A DNA stretch of 64,000 bases from a virus: positions 32,001 through 96,000 of the IMG/VR virus record IMGVR_UViG_3300019854_000029; one strand, given 5' to 3'. This document shows positions 27,912-36,468 of this stretch, one piece after another (within the stretch, counting starts at the first letter, position 1; each line of letters begins with the position of its first letter). The notes below the pieces were generated by a model. It saw only the letters and a list, made by a program, of their open reading frames with translations, was not told where the DNA came from and made no database searches. The position numbers were made by a program, and so were the translations under genes.

Positions 27912-28727
27912 GTGATTCGCATTGAAGATACTCAACGCTACACGTGCCAGCTCGGCCCTATCGCGCAACGCTGCGGGCTTTACGAAGCGCCTATTGAAAG
28001 TTTCTGCGATACAGAAACCGGACTCAACGTCCGCCCCAATCAGAACAACACGCTATCGCTTGTCGCTAAGAGAAACGACCGATTCGGGTTCACAACATGG
28101 GTAATCACTATTAAGCGGAACAGAAAAATAGCGTTCCGAATGGGAGTCACCCCTCAGTTCCTAAGTGCGGTCAGCGACAAGAGACCCACCCTCGCAGAAA
28201 ACGCCGATACCCTGCACCAGTGCGTGAACTTTGTGTTCAACACATACGTTCACGTAGCAAGTCGTGGAGAACTGAAAGCGATTCTTCTTTACGAAAACCC
28301 GCAGCTCCTATGGGAAGAAAAAGTACGCGCATATAGCACTCCCCGATATGCGCACCTCTTAGACGCTCCCCTCGGTGATTCCACCCCGCTAGAACAAATC
28401 GCCACGATCATGCGCGAAACGGCTGATGCGCTCTCAAACACCCCGAGAAGCAGGAACACAAAGAAGCGCGCCACGCTACTAAGCGCCGGATGTGCTTTAG
28501 GGATAGACGGTTCACTGCTCCGTATTTTCAATCCCCTCACCCCCACAAGTAACGCACACCTTGGCATCTACCAATACGGGCATGTTGTACGTGCTCCCAT
28601 CCTTGCTGTGGGGTGCCCGAACGCTAAAGCAAGTGTCTTTGCGTTCGCAAAAGAAGGCTACGGAAGAAGAATGATCTCTACACTAACCGGTATTCCTCTT
28701 AGCACTATCAGCGATTTCCTGCGTTAG
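27912..28727 (+). CDS. C-terminal-HTH protein, paralog 3 of 3
   Basis: RPNQNNTLSLVAKRNDRFGFTTWVITI and VFAFAKEGYGRRMISTLTGIPLSTISDFL. Confidence 0.65.
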   Translation: MIRIEDTQRYTCQLGPIAQRCGLYEAPIESFCDTETGLNVRPNQNNTLSLVAKRNDRFGFTTWVITIKRNRKIAFRMGVTPQFLSAVSDKRPTLAENADTLHQCVNFVFNTYVHVASRGELKAILLYENPQLLWEEKVRAYSTPRYAHLLDAPLGDSTPLEQIATIMRETADALSNTPRSRNTKKRATLLSAGCALGIDGSLLRIFNPLTPTSNAHLGIYQYGHVVRAPILAVGCPNAKASVFAFAKEGYGRRMISTLTGIPLSTISDFLR

Positions 28728-28739
28728 GCTAAGCGAAAT

Positions 28740-28769
28740 GGCCCTACTGCTTTTCGTTGCAGTGGGGCC
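28740..28769 (+). terminator. intrinsic terminator
   Basis: GGCCCTACTGC / GCAGTGGGGCC stem with one mismatch and an 8-nt loop, followed by GTTTTGGTTTATTT. Confidence 0.6.
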
Positions 28770-28811
28770 GTTTTGGTTTATTTCGGCCTAGTTTTTCGGC
28801 GTTTTCAACGC

Positions 28812-29099
28812 CTTGGTCATGAACATTTTTCTTGGTCATATAGTTGTGTTTCTTGGTTATGGAAATCGCGTTCCTTGGTTATGGGAATTATTTCCTTGGT
28901 TATATAGTTTCCATTTTTCACGCGGTCGTGTTTTTGGGGCGTGTTTTACGGCTTGGTCATGAAGTTTCACTTCTTGGTCATGAAGATTCATTCCTTGGTC
29001 ATATAGTTTCCGGTTTGTAGCACGATGCTTCGGTTGGTCACGTTTTGAGCGTCTAGTCCACGTTTTGAGACGCTATAGCACGCTCGGCGGCTTGGTCAC
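28812..29099 (+). repeat. iteron array: ten direct copies of CTTGGTYAY
   Basis: Copies start at 28812, 28831, 28852, 28874, 28895, 28952, 28973, 28994, 29033 and 29091. Spacing is mostly 19-22 nt. Interleaved are CACGTTTTGAG x2 and (T/C)AGCACG x3. Confidence 0.7.
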
Positions 29100-29167
29100 G
29101 GTCTCCCTTTTACAGCACGCTACCCCTAGAGACCTGTTTCGTTGGGAACACTAGCATCCCGGCGTGT

Positions 29168-29336
29168 TGATGACGTTTTTTGATGACTGATGTAAACTGA
29201 TGTAAGAAAACTGATGAAAAACACCATCAGAAAACCCCCGCAACGACTTCCCAAACACCGGAGGTCTCCGAAAACACGGGGGTAAGACCAAACACCCGCC
29301 CCCGGTTGATGTGTTTTGACGACGAAAACCATCAAC
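29168..29336 (+). repeat. A-rich segment with TGATG direct repeats and two CATCA-type inverted repeats
   Basis: TGATG at 29168, 29181, 29188, 29198 and 29212. Inverted repeat CTGATG-N8-CATCAG (29211-29230) and interrupted inverted repeat GTTGATGtGTTTT...AAAACCATCAAC (29305-29336). Confidence 0.55.
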
Positions 29337-29364
29337 AAAATAGGCTACGAAAGACGCAAAACCC

Positions 29365-29763
29365 ATGAGTGAAGAGCTAGAAGAAACACCTGAGTACGGT
29401 TACATCGTCGGTTCGGGGGACGCGCGGCAAGAGCTGCGCTGGCGGTTCATCGTCGCTTTGGGCGCGTCCATGTCTAAAAACCCGCGTCGAGAACTAGCTG
29501 CCTACTGTCGCACGGTCGTTAAGAACGGGGAAGAGGCATTGACTGGTTCGAGCACGTTGCGTCTCCACCTGCTTGCTAGTGGCGTGGATGTTCTGCGTGA
29601 GTGTTTAGCCGATGAGGTCGATAGCGTGGAGACGTTAACTGGGGTCCTCATGGAAGCGATGCCCGGTGGGCCGGAGTGTTGGAAGGCGTGGGATAAGACT
29701 GCGACAGGTGTTGACGGGGCGCGTAGCGTGGTCCCGTTGCTTTTGCGTGCGTTGCTTTTGTGA
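29365..29763 (+). CDS. hypothetical protein (132 aa)
   Basis: ATG ORF directly after the non-coding repeat region. Confidence 0.55.
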   Translation: MSEELEETPEYGYIVGSGDARQELRWRFIVALGASMSKNPRRELAAYCRTVVKNGEEALTGSSTLRLHLLASGVDVLRECLADEVDSVETLTGVLMEAMPGGPECWKAWDKTATGVDGARSVVPLLLRALLL

Positions 29764-29850
29764 CCGGCCTCGTTCGGCTGGCGCGTGGTGAGCGTTTAAC
29801 TTAACTGTCGTGCGCGCGCGTAGTAAATGTTTCTTATCCAGTGAGGCTAA

Positions 29851-30693
29851 GTGTCGTTAGATCATGGAAGGACTTTTACTGTGTCGAGCGCGAATGTCAT
29901 GCCGCCGTATATGCAGATGCAAGAGTGGGACCTTGATGAGCAAGACAAGGTTATTAAGCGCGCGTTTCGCGTGTGGAAGGAAACTCGTCCCTCAAGGTAC
30001 TTGCAGAGCTTGTCGATGATTGTCCCGCAAGTGACACCGGAGGTGTTGCCTCCTGATATGCGTCACCCGCGTGTGGAGATTAAAGAGACGTGGGATGAGT
30101 CCATTCACCCGGACTATAAGAAACTACTCGGTGCTCCTGCCGTGCTGTATGACGGGCCACTGCTGCGCCCTAAGTTCAATGAGTATCGGAAGTACTTGGG
30201 GGATGAGGAAGTCCGTTGCCCGTCTGGTAGCGTCGCTGTACTGTCTGTTGATATTGGGCTTTCGCCCGAACAGTTTAAGAACCCGCCCGAGGGATACATG
30301 TATGTTCGCGCGGTCGGCCCGAACGCTGAGTATCCCGGTGGCGGCTGGGTGTACTGTATTCCGAAAGTTTTCGTGAAAGAACAACCCCAGTACGCACTGT
30401 TCTTGTCTCGCCACACTCTGTCGGACACTGTTGACTCCTACAAGGTGTATATCGACGGGTATAGCGAGATGGTGTACTTGTCTATTGTCCGACAGTCCCC
30501 ATACACAACTCGTTATGCGACTAAAGCTCCTATCGCTATTGCTGGGAGCTACGATCCGAACGTTGTTCTCGCTTACGCTGAGGAAGTTCTACGCGGTTGG
30601 GAAGCGCATGGGATTATCCCCCCGCGAGCGCGATACACGCTTTCCACGCAAGAGTGCTTGTCGGTGTCTCACGCGAAACAGTTGGACGCTTGA
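29851..30693 (+). CDS. hypothetical protein (280 aa)
   Basis: GTG ORF. Start uncertain. No motif recognised. Confidence 0.6.
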   Translation: MSLDHGRTFTVSSANVMPPYMQMQEWDLDEQDKVIKRAFRVWKETRPSRYLQSLSMIVPQVTPEVLPPDMRHPRVEIKETWDESIHPDYKKLLGAPAVLYDGPLLRPKFNEYRKYLGDEEVRCPSGSVAVLSVDIGLSPEQFKNPPEGYMYVRAVGPNAEYPGGGWVYCIPKVFVKEQPQYALFLSRHTLSDTVDSYKVYIDGYSEMVYLSIVRQSPYTTRYATKAPIAIAGSYDPNVVLAYAEEVLRGWEAHGIIPPRARYTLSTQECLSVSHAKQLDA

Positions 30694-30720
30694 TGCAAGA
30701 CGGCTTCTAGTTTCCTGAGA

Positions 30721-30757
30721 AAACCCGCTAGTGGTGGCATACGCGGCTGGCGGGTTT
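30721..30757 (+). terminator. intrinsic terminator
   Basis: AAACCCGC...GCGGGTTT stem followed by TTTAT. Confidence 0.5.
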
Positions 30758-30937
30758 TTATACTAATTAACAGGCACATGGGTAATGCCCTCCTTTCTGG
30801 TTGTTGTGCTTTTGGTTTGGAGCATGTGGCGCTGTCCTCTCAAGGGATAGCGCCACAGCTGTTTATGCGGCAGTGTGGTCGCGAGGTGGCGTTCTAAGCG
30901 TGAGTGTTGTTCCAAGCCGAGGAAGGAAAAGAGAAAA

Positions 30938-32047
30938 ATGGAACTGCTGATGATGGTTGTTCACCCGACTGCCACTAAGGATTACTTGGCTGTGTGGCGA
31001 CTGTCGGGCGTTAACGCCTCGAAAGAGATCACGCCTGACAACGTGAGGGCTGCTGCGCTCAAGCACAAGGATGAGGCTTCTGGTGACGCGAAGAAAGTGA
31101 TTGACGTTGTTGCTGACATTGAGGGCGCGGAAAGTGAAGTGCTTGGTGCCGGAGTACTGTTCACGCCTCAAGCTGTTAAGGGCATTGCCGAGAGCCACTT
31201 GAAGGAGCGCCCCGACTACGAGGAGTGCGTCGTCGTTGACTACTGTTCTTCCACGCTCCTTTGGGGCAAGGACGGCGAGTGGGAGACCATGCCGCTATTC
31301 ACGGACGACGCGGGTAACGCGGACGACGCATCGGACACGCCCCTCGCTGAGCTATTGAAGCGCGTCGAGGTCTCAGACCTGACCGCGTTCACTGGCGAGA
31401 AGGCTCGTATTCGCACAGAACGATCAGTGAAGCGCCACTGGCCTTACGTGTTGAAGGTCAAGAAGGTCCGCGAGGTTCCCGATGAGGAACTTACCGGCCT
31501 GCGTAAAGACATTAAGGGCCTGCGCCTGTTGGATATTGCGCTTGAGACCGGCGTTGTTCACCTGCTTGTCCCTAACTGTAAGGACGTGCGCGGGGGAGAG
31601 GCGCAACGTTACTTGTGGCATAAGCAACTGGCGCGCGCCATCTACGCTTTCGAGCGAGATAGGGTTGCTCAAAAGAAGATGCAAGCCGGTCAGGAGAAAA
31701 TCTTGATTCGCTACGGTGAGTCAGAAAACCCGGTGTGTGTGGCGATCACAGCGGAAGCGTTGAAGCGGGAGCTTACTATCGACGGCGAACCCGAAAAGGG
31801 CGCTACGAAGCACGTCTACACGGCAGATGGCATCACGATCATTCGCTACGGTGAGCGTGGCTGGGAATGGAGTTACTTCGATATTGGGGAGGGGAAGCAC
31901 CTAGTGCAGCGCACCGGCCAGAACGGTGAAGGGATATTCGTTCTCAAACAGAGCGCATGGTGTCTGCTACGGGATGCCGTGGACTTCAAGGCCCCCGCAA
32001 CCGAGGAAGAAATGCTCGCCTACATTCTCCGGTCGTTGAACAGCTAA
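30938..32047 (+). CDS. hypothetical protein (369 aa)
   Basis: ORF 30875..32047. ATG 30938 follows GGAAGGAAAAGAG. Confidence 0.65.
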   Translation: MELLMMVVHPTATKDYLAVWRLSGVNASKEITPDNVRAAALKHKDEASGDAKKVIDVVADIEGAESEVLGAGVLFTPQAVKGIAESHLKERPDYEECVVVDYCSSTLLWGKDGEWETMPLFTDDAGNADDASDTPLAELLKRVEVSDLTAFTGEKARIRTERSVKRHWPYVLKVKKVREVPDEELTGLRKDIKGLRLLDIALETGVVHLLVPNCKDVRGGEAQRYLWHKQLARAIYAFERDRVAQKKMQAGQEKILIRYGESENPVCVAITAEALKRELTIDGEPEKGATKHVYTADGITIIRYGERGWEWSYFDIGEGKHLVQRTGQNGEGIFVLKQSAWCLLRDAVDFKAPATEEEMLAYILRSLNS

Positions 32048-32097
32048 TAAGGCCACTACAGCGCCTTGTCGTAAAGCAAGAGGCGGCGAGTAAAAGA

Positions 32098-32148
32098 GAG
32101 CGGGCCGAGACAGTCTGTGGTGACTGGTCTCGGCCCGCTCGTTTTTTG
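32098..32148. terminator. strong intrinsic terminator between convergent genes
   Basis: Perfect 14-bp stem GAGCGGGCCGAGAC / GTCTCGGCCCGCTC followed by GTTTTTTGTG. Confidence 0.85.
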
Positions 32149-32160
32149 TGTCTGCACGGT

Positions 32161-32460
32161 CTAGCTTGCAATGAGTTCTTGCCTACGAGCAAGAGTTTCA
32201 CGCATTTCCTTGCGCTCCTTCATGGTGGTTCCACCCCAAATACCGCGTTCCTCGTCCTCTGAGGTGAGTGCGGCTTCTAGGCACTCGATACGCACGGGGC
32301 ACTGTGAGCACAGTTCGATTGCCAGTCTGGCTTGTGCGGTCTGTCCCGCGCCGGGGAACCAAATGTCCGGGTCAGTTTGGGAGCAGATTCCTTGCTGCCG
32401 CCATGATTCTTTGCTGTTGGTGATGATGATGTCGTTAACGAACTTGCGCATTGGTCGCAT
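32161..32460 (-). CDS. whiB: WhiB-family Fe-S transcriptional regulator
   Basis: Four Cys in C-x26-CSQCPVRIEC, then GIWGG. ATG 32460 follows an A/C-rich leader with AGAAAG. The listed ORF extends to 32508. Confidence 0.85.
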   Translation of the reverse strand: MRPMRKFVNDIIITNSKESWRQQGICSQTDPDIWFPGAGQTAQARLAIELCSQCPVRIECLEAALTSEDEERGIWGGTTMKERKEMRETLARRQELIAS

Positions 32461-32494
32461 AATGGTGGGCTTTCTGGTTTGGGTTTGGTTTGGT

Positions 32495-32872
32495 TTACGC
32501 GAGTGCAATGTACGTGTAGGAGCCGTCCGGGAACAGGAAGCGCGGCCCGTCCGGGTAGGAGACGGGAATATCAGCGGGGTCAGACCATTGGGAGACGGCC
32601 CACCCGTGCTCTCGGGCTTCTTCCCGGTGGGTTTCCACGTACCCGTGACATCCGGTGGTGCCGCTTCCGCATAGGACGATGAGGTTCACGGGACTGTTGA
32701 TTTCTTCGTCTTTCGTGCCGCCCATGCCACGCGCTTTACGGTGCTGGATAGAGGACTGAATGTAGGTGATGTCTTTCCCGCACCGTGCGCACCGCCACCC
32801 GTCACGGTTGTACACCAACATGCGGGTTTCAGGGCTGGGGCCGGTAGACCTGTGAGACTTACGTGAGGCCAT
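32495..32872 (-). CDS. HNH endonuclease
   Basis: RDGWRCARCGK...IQHRKARGMGG...NLIVLCGSGTTGCHGYVE. Confidence 0.8.
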   Translation of the reverse strand: MASRKSHRSTGPSPETRMLVYNRDGWRCARCGKDITYIQSSIQHRKARGMGGTKDEEINSPVNLIVLCGSGTTGCHGYVETHREEAREHGWAVSQWSDPADIPVSYPDGPRFLFPDGSYTYIALA

Positions 32873-32873
32873 G

Positions 32874-34157
32874 TCAGATCAGTCCTTCTTCGCCGTCAAG
32901 CTCGTTCTCGTCGAGAGCGTCCTCGGGCATGTCTACGCCACCAAAGCCCAAGCGCTCGTGAATGTTGAGGAGCATCCGGCGCACTGTGTCGTCGTCGAGA
33001 GTGTGGACGGGCACGGGGTGTGCGAACCCAAAGTCGGCGTAGAGGTTTTCGGTTTCTACGTAGTCGAGGCGCTGATCGAGGAGCTGGGCGAGTTCACGCT
33101 GTGCTGCGCTCAAAAGCGGGGGACGCTGCTGCTCGGGAGCTGGGGCGGGCTGGGGTGCGGGCTGCTGCATGACAGGAGCGGGAGTGGGCATGTTGCGCGG
33201 AGGTTGAGGCGCATACCCCTGAACGGGCGCGGGAGCATTGTCTTGCTTTACGGGGACGCTTTGCGCGTGAGCGCGCTGCTTTTCCATTTCCCTGAGCAAT
33301 GCTGTTGCTTCACTGGGGCGCATCGTCTCATACGTGCGAGAAGGCGCGACGCACTTCTTAATGAGCGCGCGCTTAGCGCCGGGGGACATGCCGGTCAACG
33401 CTGCGGAGAGCGCTTCAATCTCGGCCTTAATGTCAACGGTTTCCGCCGCGTTGCGCTCGTGCTCGTAAGAGACAAGGGTGGGGAGGATTTCGGTTGCGAG
33501 TTCTTCTGCGGTGCGAGATTGCAGGTCGTCGAGCGTGAACCCGGTGAGGTTTTTGAGGGTTTCGTCGTCCAACTTGAGGTAGTCGATTTCAGCTTTCACG
33601 GGAGCAAATGCGTGCGCGAACTTCTTCTCGTGGTCGGAGGAGACTTCTTCGGGAGTGTAGATGAGGCCGTTCAGCACGTCGGCTGCGTGACGGCGGCACA
33701 CTTCAGCGACAGCGCGGTTGGTGAGCATTTCCTGTGTGTGCTGAATCCAGAACGTGCTGGAACCCCACAAGTGAGCGCGGCGGGCGCGCTGTTCGTCCCA
33801 CACGCTCGTGTAGGTCTGCTTCTTGGTGCCTGTCGCTGCGGGGCGAGTGAGAGTAACGGTCGCCGTGTGTGTGGCTTCGTCGTAGGTTTCTTCGAGCGTG
33901 AACCCGTGTTTGAGGACTGCTGCGGTCATCATGTTCACGCTGATAGTGGGCTTCACGTCGCCGGAAGAATCAGGGATGAGGTGGATGCCGTTAAGGACTG
34001 CGGAGATGTTAGCGAGTCCGGCGGCTTCGCCCATTTCCATTGCAAAGAGGATTGCGCCCGCGTTGTGGCGGTAAGCGGTGGGTAGGACGGTGTTGGTGTC
34101 TGCGAGAGCGAGGGCGTAGGCGAGACGCTGGTCGAAAGTGAGCTGCGAGAAGTCCAT
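32874..34157 (-). CDS. recT: RecT-family single-strand annealing recombinase
   Basis: N-terminal half (AILFAMEMGEAAGLANISAVLNGIHLIPD...ISVNMMTAAVLKHG) resembles RecT and is followed by a Pro/Gln-rich tail. ATG 34157 lies behind an A/C-rich leader with AGGA. The listed ORF extends to GTG 34247. Confidence 0.6.
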   Translation of the reverse strand: MDFSQLTFDQRLAYALALADTNTVLPTAYRHNAGAILFAMEMGEAAGLANISAVLNGIHLIPDSSGDVKPTISVNMMTAAVLKHGFTLEETYDEATHTATVTLTRPAATGTKKQTYTSVWDEQRARRAHLWGSSTFWIQHTQEMLTNRAVAEVCRRHAADVLNGLIYTPEEVSSDHEKKFAHAFAPVKAEIDYLKLDDETLKNLTGFTLDDLQSRTAEELATEILPTLVSYEHERNAAETVDIKAEIEALSAALTGMSPGAKRALIKKCVAPSRTYETMRPSEATALLREMEKQRAHAQSVPVKQDNAPAPVQGYAPQPPRNMPTPAPVMQQPAPQPAPAPEQQRPPLLSAAQRELAQLLDQRLDYVETENLYADFGFAHPVPVHTLDDDTVRRMLLNIHERLGFGGVDMPEDALDENELDGEEGLI

Positions 34158-34254
34158 TGTTTCTGGTCCTAGTGGTTGTTGTGGTTTGGTGTGTGAAAGT
34201 TTTGGGGCGGCGGGCGCGCTTTTGGTTTGGGAGAGCACGCCCGCCACAGTGGGT

Positions 34255-34803
34255 TTACTTGGTGGGGAGTTCGTCGTCGCCCATCTTGAGAGTGGTCAGG
34301 AGGGACTTGACGGTGACGGCGGTGTCGAGTGCGTGAGCGCGCTGTTCCTCAGTGAGAGAGACGCGGAGCGTGCCGCGCATGGCTTCTTCGGACTTGACAG
34401 ACACGCCTGCGGGGAGTTCCCCGCCTTCGCGTTCGATGATCGAGTCAAGTTCACGGTATGCCTTAGATGCTGCGGGGAACGTTACGGTCATGACTGCGCC
34501 ATGATCGTAAATCTCATGTTCTTCGCACCACGTGGCGAATGCTGCTGCGTCGTCGATCTTGTACGCGCTTCCGGGGCGAACCCACGTGATCGTGCCGGAG
34601 GTTCCCATTCCGTCGCCGCCGAACTTGTAGCCGCCCTTCTGCTTGGTTCCTGCGAAACGCTCGTCAAGATTGTCGAGGATATAGCCGGAGGCCATAGCGC
34701 GCGCGTTCTTCAATGCCTTTTCGAGGACGCTAACGATGATGAGAACCTTGGGTGCGAGGATGTCCCACTTCTTAGAGGGACGGAGCTTCTTCACATCGGC
34801 CAT
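34255..34803 (-). CDS. Mu Gam-like / Gp157-like protein (tentative)
   Basis: GTSGTITWVRPGSAYKIDDAAAFATWCEEHE and ELPAGVSVKSEE parallel the Gam-like pattern GTVxFRxxPPSVxIxDxxAVIxWL...IPGVxI. Good GAAAGGAAA RBS. Confidence 0.45.
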   Translation of the reverse strand: MADVKKLRPSKKWDILAPKVLIIVSVLEKALKNARAMASGYILDNLDERFAGTKQKGGYKFGGDGMGTSGTITWVRPGSAYKIDDAAAFATWCEEHEIYDHGAVMTVTFPAASKAYRELDSIIEREGGELPAGVSVKSEEAMRGTLRVSLTEEQRAHALDTAVTVKSLLTTLKMGDDELPTK

Positions 34804-34866
34804 GATGATGTTTCCTTTCGATTGAACCGATACAGGTAAACGTATGGGTGTGGGGGAGGTTGGGAG

Positions 34867-35001
34867 CTAGTTCTTGCCGCCGCGTCGTACTGCGTGGGCT
34901 TCGGTCTTGTAAGCCTGAGCTTTCTTGCGGGCAATTGCGATCATGTGTCGCGCTTTTTCTCGCTCGTAGCGTTCTTGTGCTTTGGTTTGCGTGGTGGTCA
35001 T
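34867..35001 (-). CDS. small basic helical protein (44 aa), absent from the ORF track
   Basis: MTTTQTKAQERYEREKARHMIAIARKKAQAYKTEAHAVRRGGKN. ATG preceded by ACCGAAAGACCAAACCA. First ORF downstream of promoter-like copy D. Confidence 0.35.
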   Translation of the reverse strand: MTTTQTKAQERYEREKARHMIAIARKKAQAYKTEAHAVRRGGKN

Positions 35002-35043
35002 TGGTTTGGTCTTTCGGTTTTTATTGGTGGCGTTGCAACCACC

Positions 35044-35076
35044 CTTATAGTGTACCTAAATTATGCGACTATGGCT
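35044..35076 (-). promoter_or_regulatory. conserved promoter-like element, copy D
   Basis: Minus strand reads aGCCATAGTCGCATAATTTAGGTACACTATAAG. It overlaps the stop of the nuclease gene and heads the Gam/RecT/HNH/WhiB block. Confidence 0.6.
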
Positions 35077-35821
35077 AGTCGGTCAGGCCGCATTTTTGGA
35101 GCGTGTCAGCCAAGGCTTTCTTCTCAGCACTCGTCACGCTCAGCCCATACTTGGCTTTCACTGCGACCTGCCTAGAGGCGTATGTGCAAGCGAACGCCTC
35201 GTTGGGGGGCATCCATTGGCTTGCGTCCTTGGAGCCTTTAGCTTGGTTGTCGCTGCCGTTTACTGCGAGCAGGTTCTCGGGGTCGTTTGCGAGGGCTTCG
35301 CGCTGGCCTTGGGTGAGCTTGTCAGCGCCACTACGCCATGCGTTCTCTAGAGCAACAACATGGTCGATTTGGACCTTGGAAGCGTTCTTCTTGGAGAAAA
35401 CGATTTGGGTGCCCGAGTAGGGGTCTGCGAGGCTACCGGAGACGATGACGCACTTGTTTGCTTTCTTCGCTTCGTCTGTCCGGTAGGAGATGTTGGTTAG
35501 GTCGCGGGCGAGAATGTCATTGCGAGTGTCACACCCGTTGTGGTCTACGTCTTTCCATGCGGGGCCAAAGTCGGCTACGCGGTCGTATTTCCCGTTTGTT
35601 TTGGGGTTGTCTACGACTTTGAGGGAGTCGAGGGTTGAGAGTGTCCCGCCCTGTGCGGGGGTCGCTTGGATACTGACCGCATTGGTCGGGTTTGCCGTGG
35701 GGGTAGGCGAGTGGTGCTCCACTCCGATAGCCCAAAAGATTGCAAGCACGATGATGGCTGCGAGAGTGAAAACAAGCATTGCTTTCACATTGGACGCGGC
35801 AGGGCTTTTCTTTTTGCGCAT
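35075..35821 (-). CDS. membrane-anchored/secreted DUF1524 (GmrSD C-terminal-like, HNH-type) nuclease
   Basis: N-terminal TM. GCDTRNDILARDL, VQIDHVVALENAWRSGA and LLAVNGSDNQAKGSKDASQWMPPN. AGGAG RBS. Confidence 0.8.
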   Translation of the reverse strand: MRKKKSPAASNVKAMLVFTLAAIIVLAIFWAIGVEHHSPTPTANPTNAVSIQATPAQGGTLSTLDSLKVVDNPKTNGKYDRVADFGPAWKDVDHNGCDTRNDILARDLTNISYRTDEAKKANKCVIVSGSLADPYSGTQIVFSKKNASKVQIDHVVALENAWRSGADKLTQGQREALANDPENLLAVNGSDNQAKGSKDASQWMPPNEAFACTYASRQVAVKAKYGLSVTSAEKKALADTLQKCGLTD

Positions 35822-35937
35822 TGCTTATGCTCCTATGTGGTTGTTGGTTGGTTTGGTGCCTTTAGACTAACAACCGTGACTGGCAGTTGCGTACAGTTTG
35901 AGACGGTTTCTACTGTCTGATATTTCATCCACGTGAT

Positions 35938-36468
35938 GTGCAGCACGCTTTCAGGGATGGTCCATACTCTGAGCACATGGTCCCACCACTTGAACTGGAA
36001 AAGTCTCCCCTCGACTTCCTCTCCCACACGTGCGCCGCACTGTCCGGCGATAGTGACACGCTCATTCACTCTGAGGACGAATCCAGCCCAGAATGGCTGT
36101 GGCTACGCCTCATCAACGCTTCACCCTCCCCAATCGGGCGGACAGACTTCGCGCCCATGCTCATACAACAGCTCTGCGATGCTCCCACGGGTAATCCGCT
36201 TGGCTTCTACCGTGTCCGTATTCATGGCGGGTCCGTGTACTTCACGTGCGACACCACTAAGGGAGAAAGCGTCCCACGTCGTGCGGCTGCTGCTATCCGC
36301 AAAATGGTGGAAGCCGTAGACAAGGGACTCCCAAATCCTTTTTGGCCCGCTGAGTGGGACCACCTTCTCACTCGCGGGGGAATAACGTTCACCCCGTGGG
36401 GAGAGTGCGCGCCACGCATGACACAAACATGGGAAGAAGCCATGCAAGACATGACACGGTGTGCCTAA
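35938..36468 (+). CDS. hypothetical protein (176 aa), lone plus-strand gene inside a minus-strand block
   Basis: F/Y/H/D/C codons are strongly C-ending, unlike the overlapping minus ORF, which uses CAT/TGT. A terminator with a plus-strand T-tract lies at 36575-36620. Start codon uncertain. Confidence 0.45.
   Translation: MQHAFRDGPYSEHMVPPLELEKSPLDFLSHTCAALSGDSDTLIHSEDESSPEWLWLRLINASPSPIGRTDFAPMLIQQLCDAPTGNPLGFYRVRIHGGSVYFTCDTTKGESVPRRAAAAIRKMVEAVDKGLPNPFWPAEWDHLLTRGGITFTPWGECAPRMTQTWEEAMQDMTRCA

Noticed and set aside
28812-29099. The regularly spaced direct repeats could be mistaken for a CRISPR array.
   Set aside because: The repeats are only about 9-12 nt long and 19-22 nt apart, so the spacers would be about 10 nt. 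The repeat sequences are degenerate and no cas genes are present. The pattern fits iterons.
29126-29366. Listed minus-strand ORFs 29126..29338 and 29151..29366 inside the repeat region.
   Set aside because: They overlap each other in different frames, sit in an A-rich repeat-laden segment, have no RBS and have odd composition. I treat the region as non-coding.
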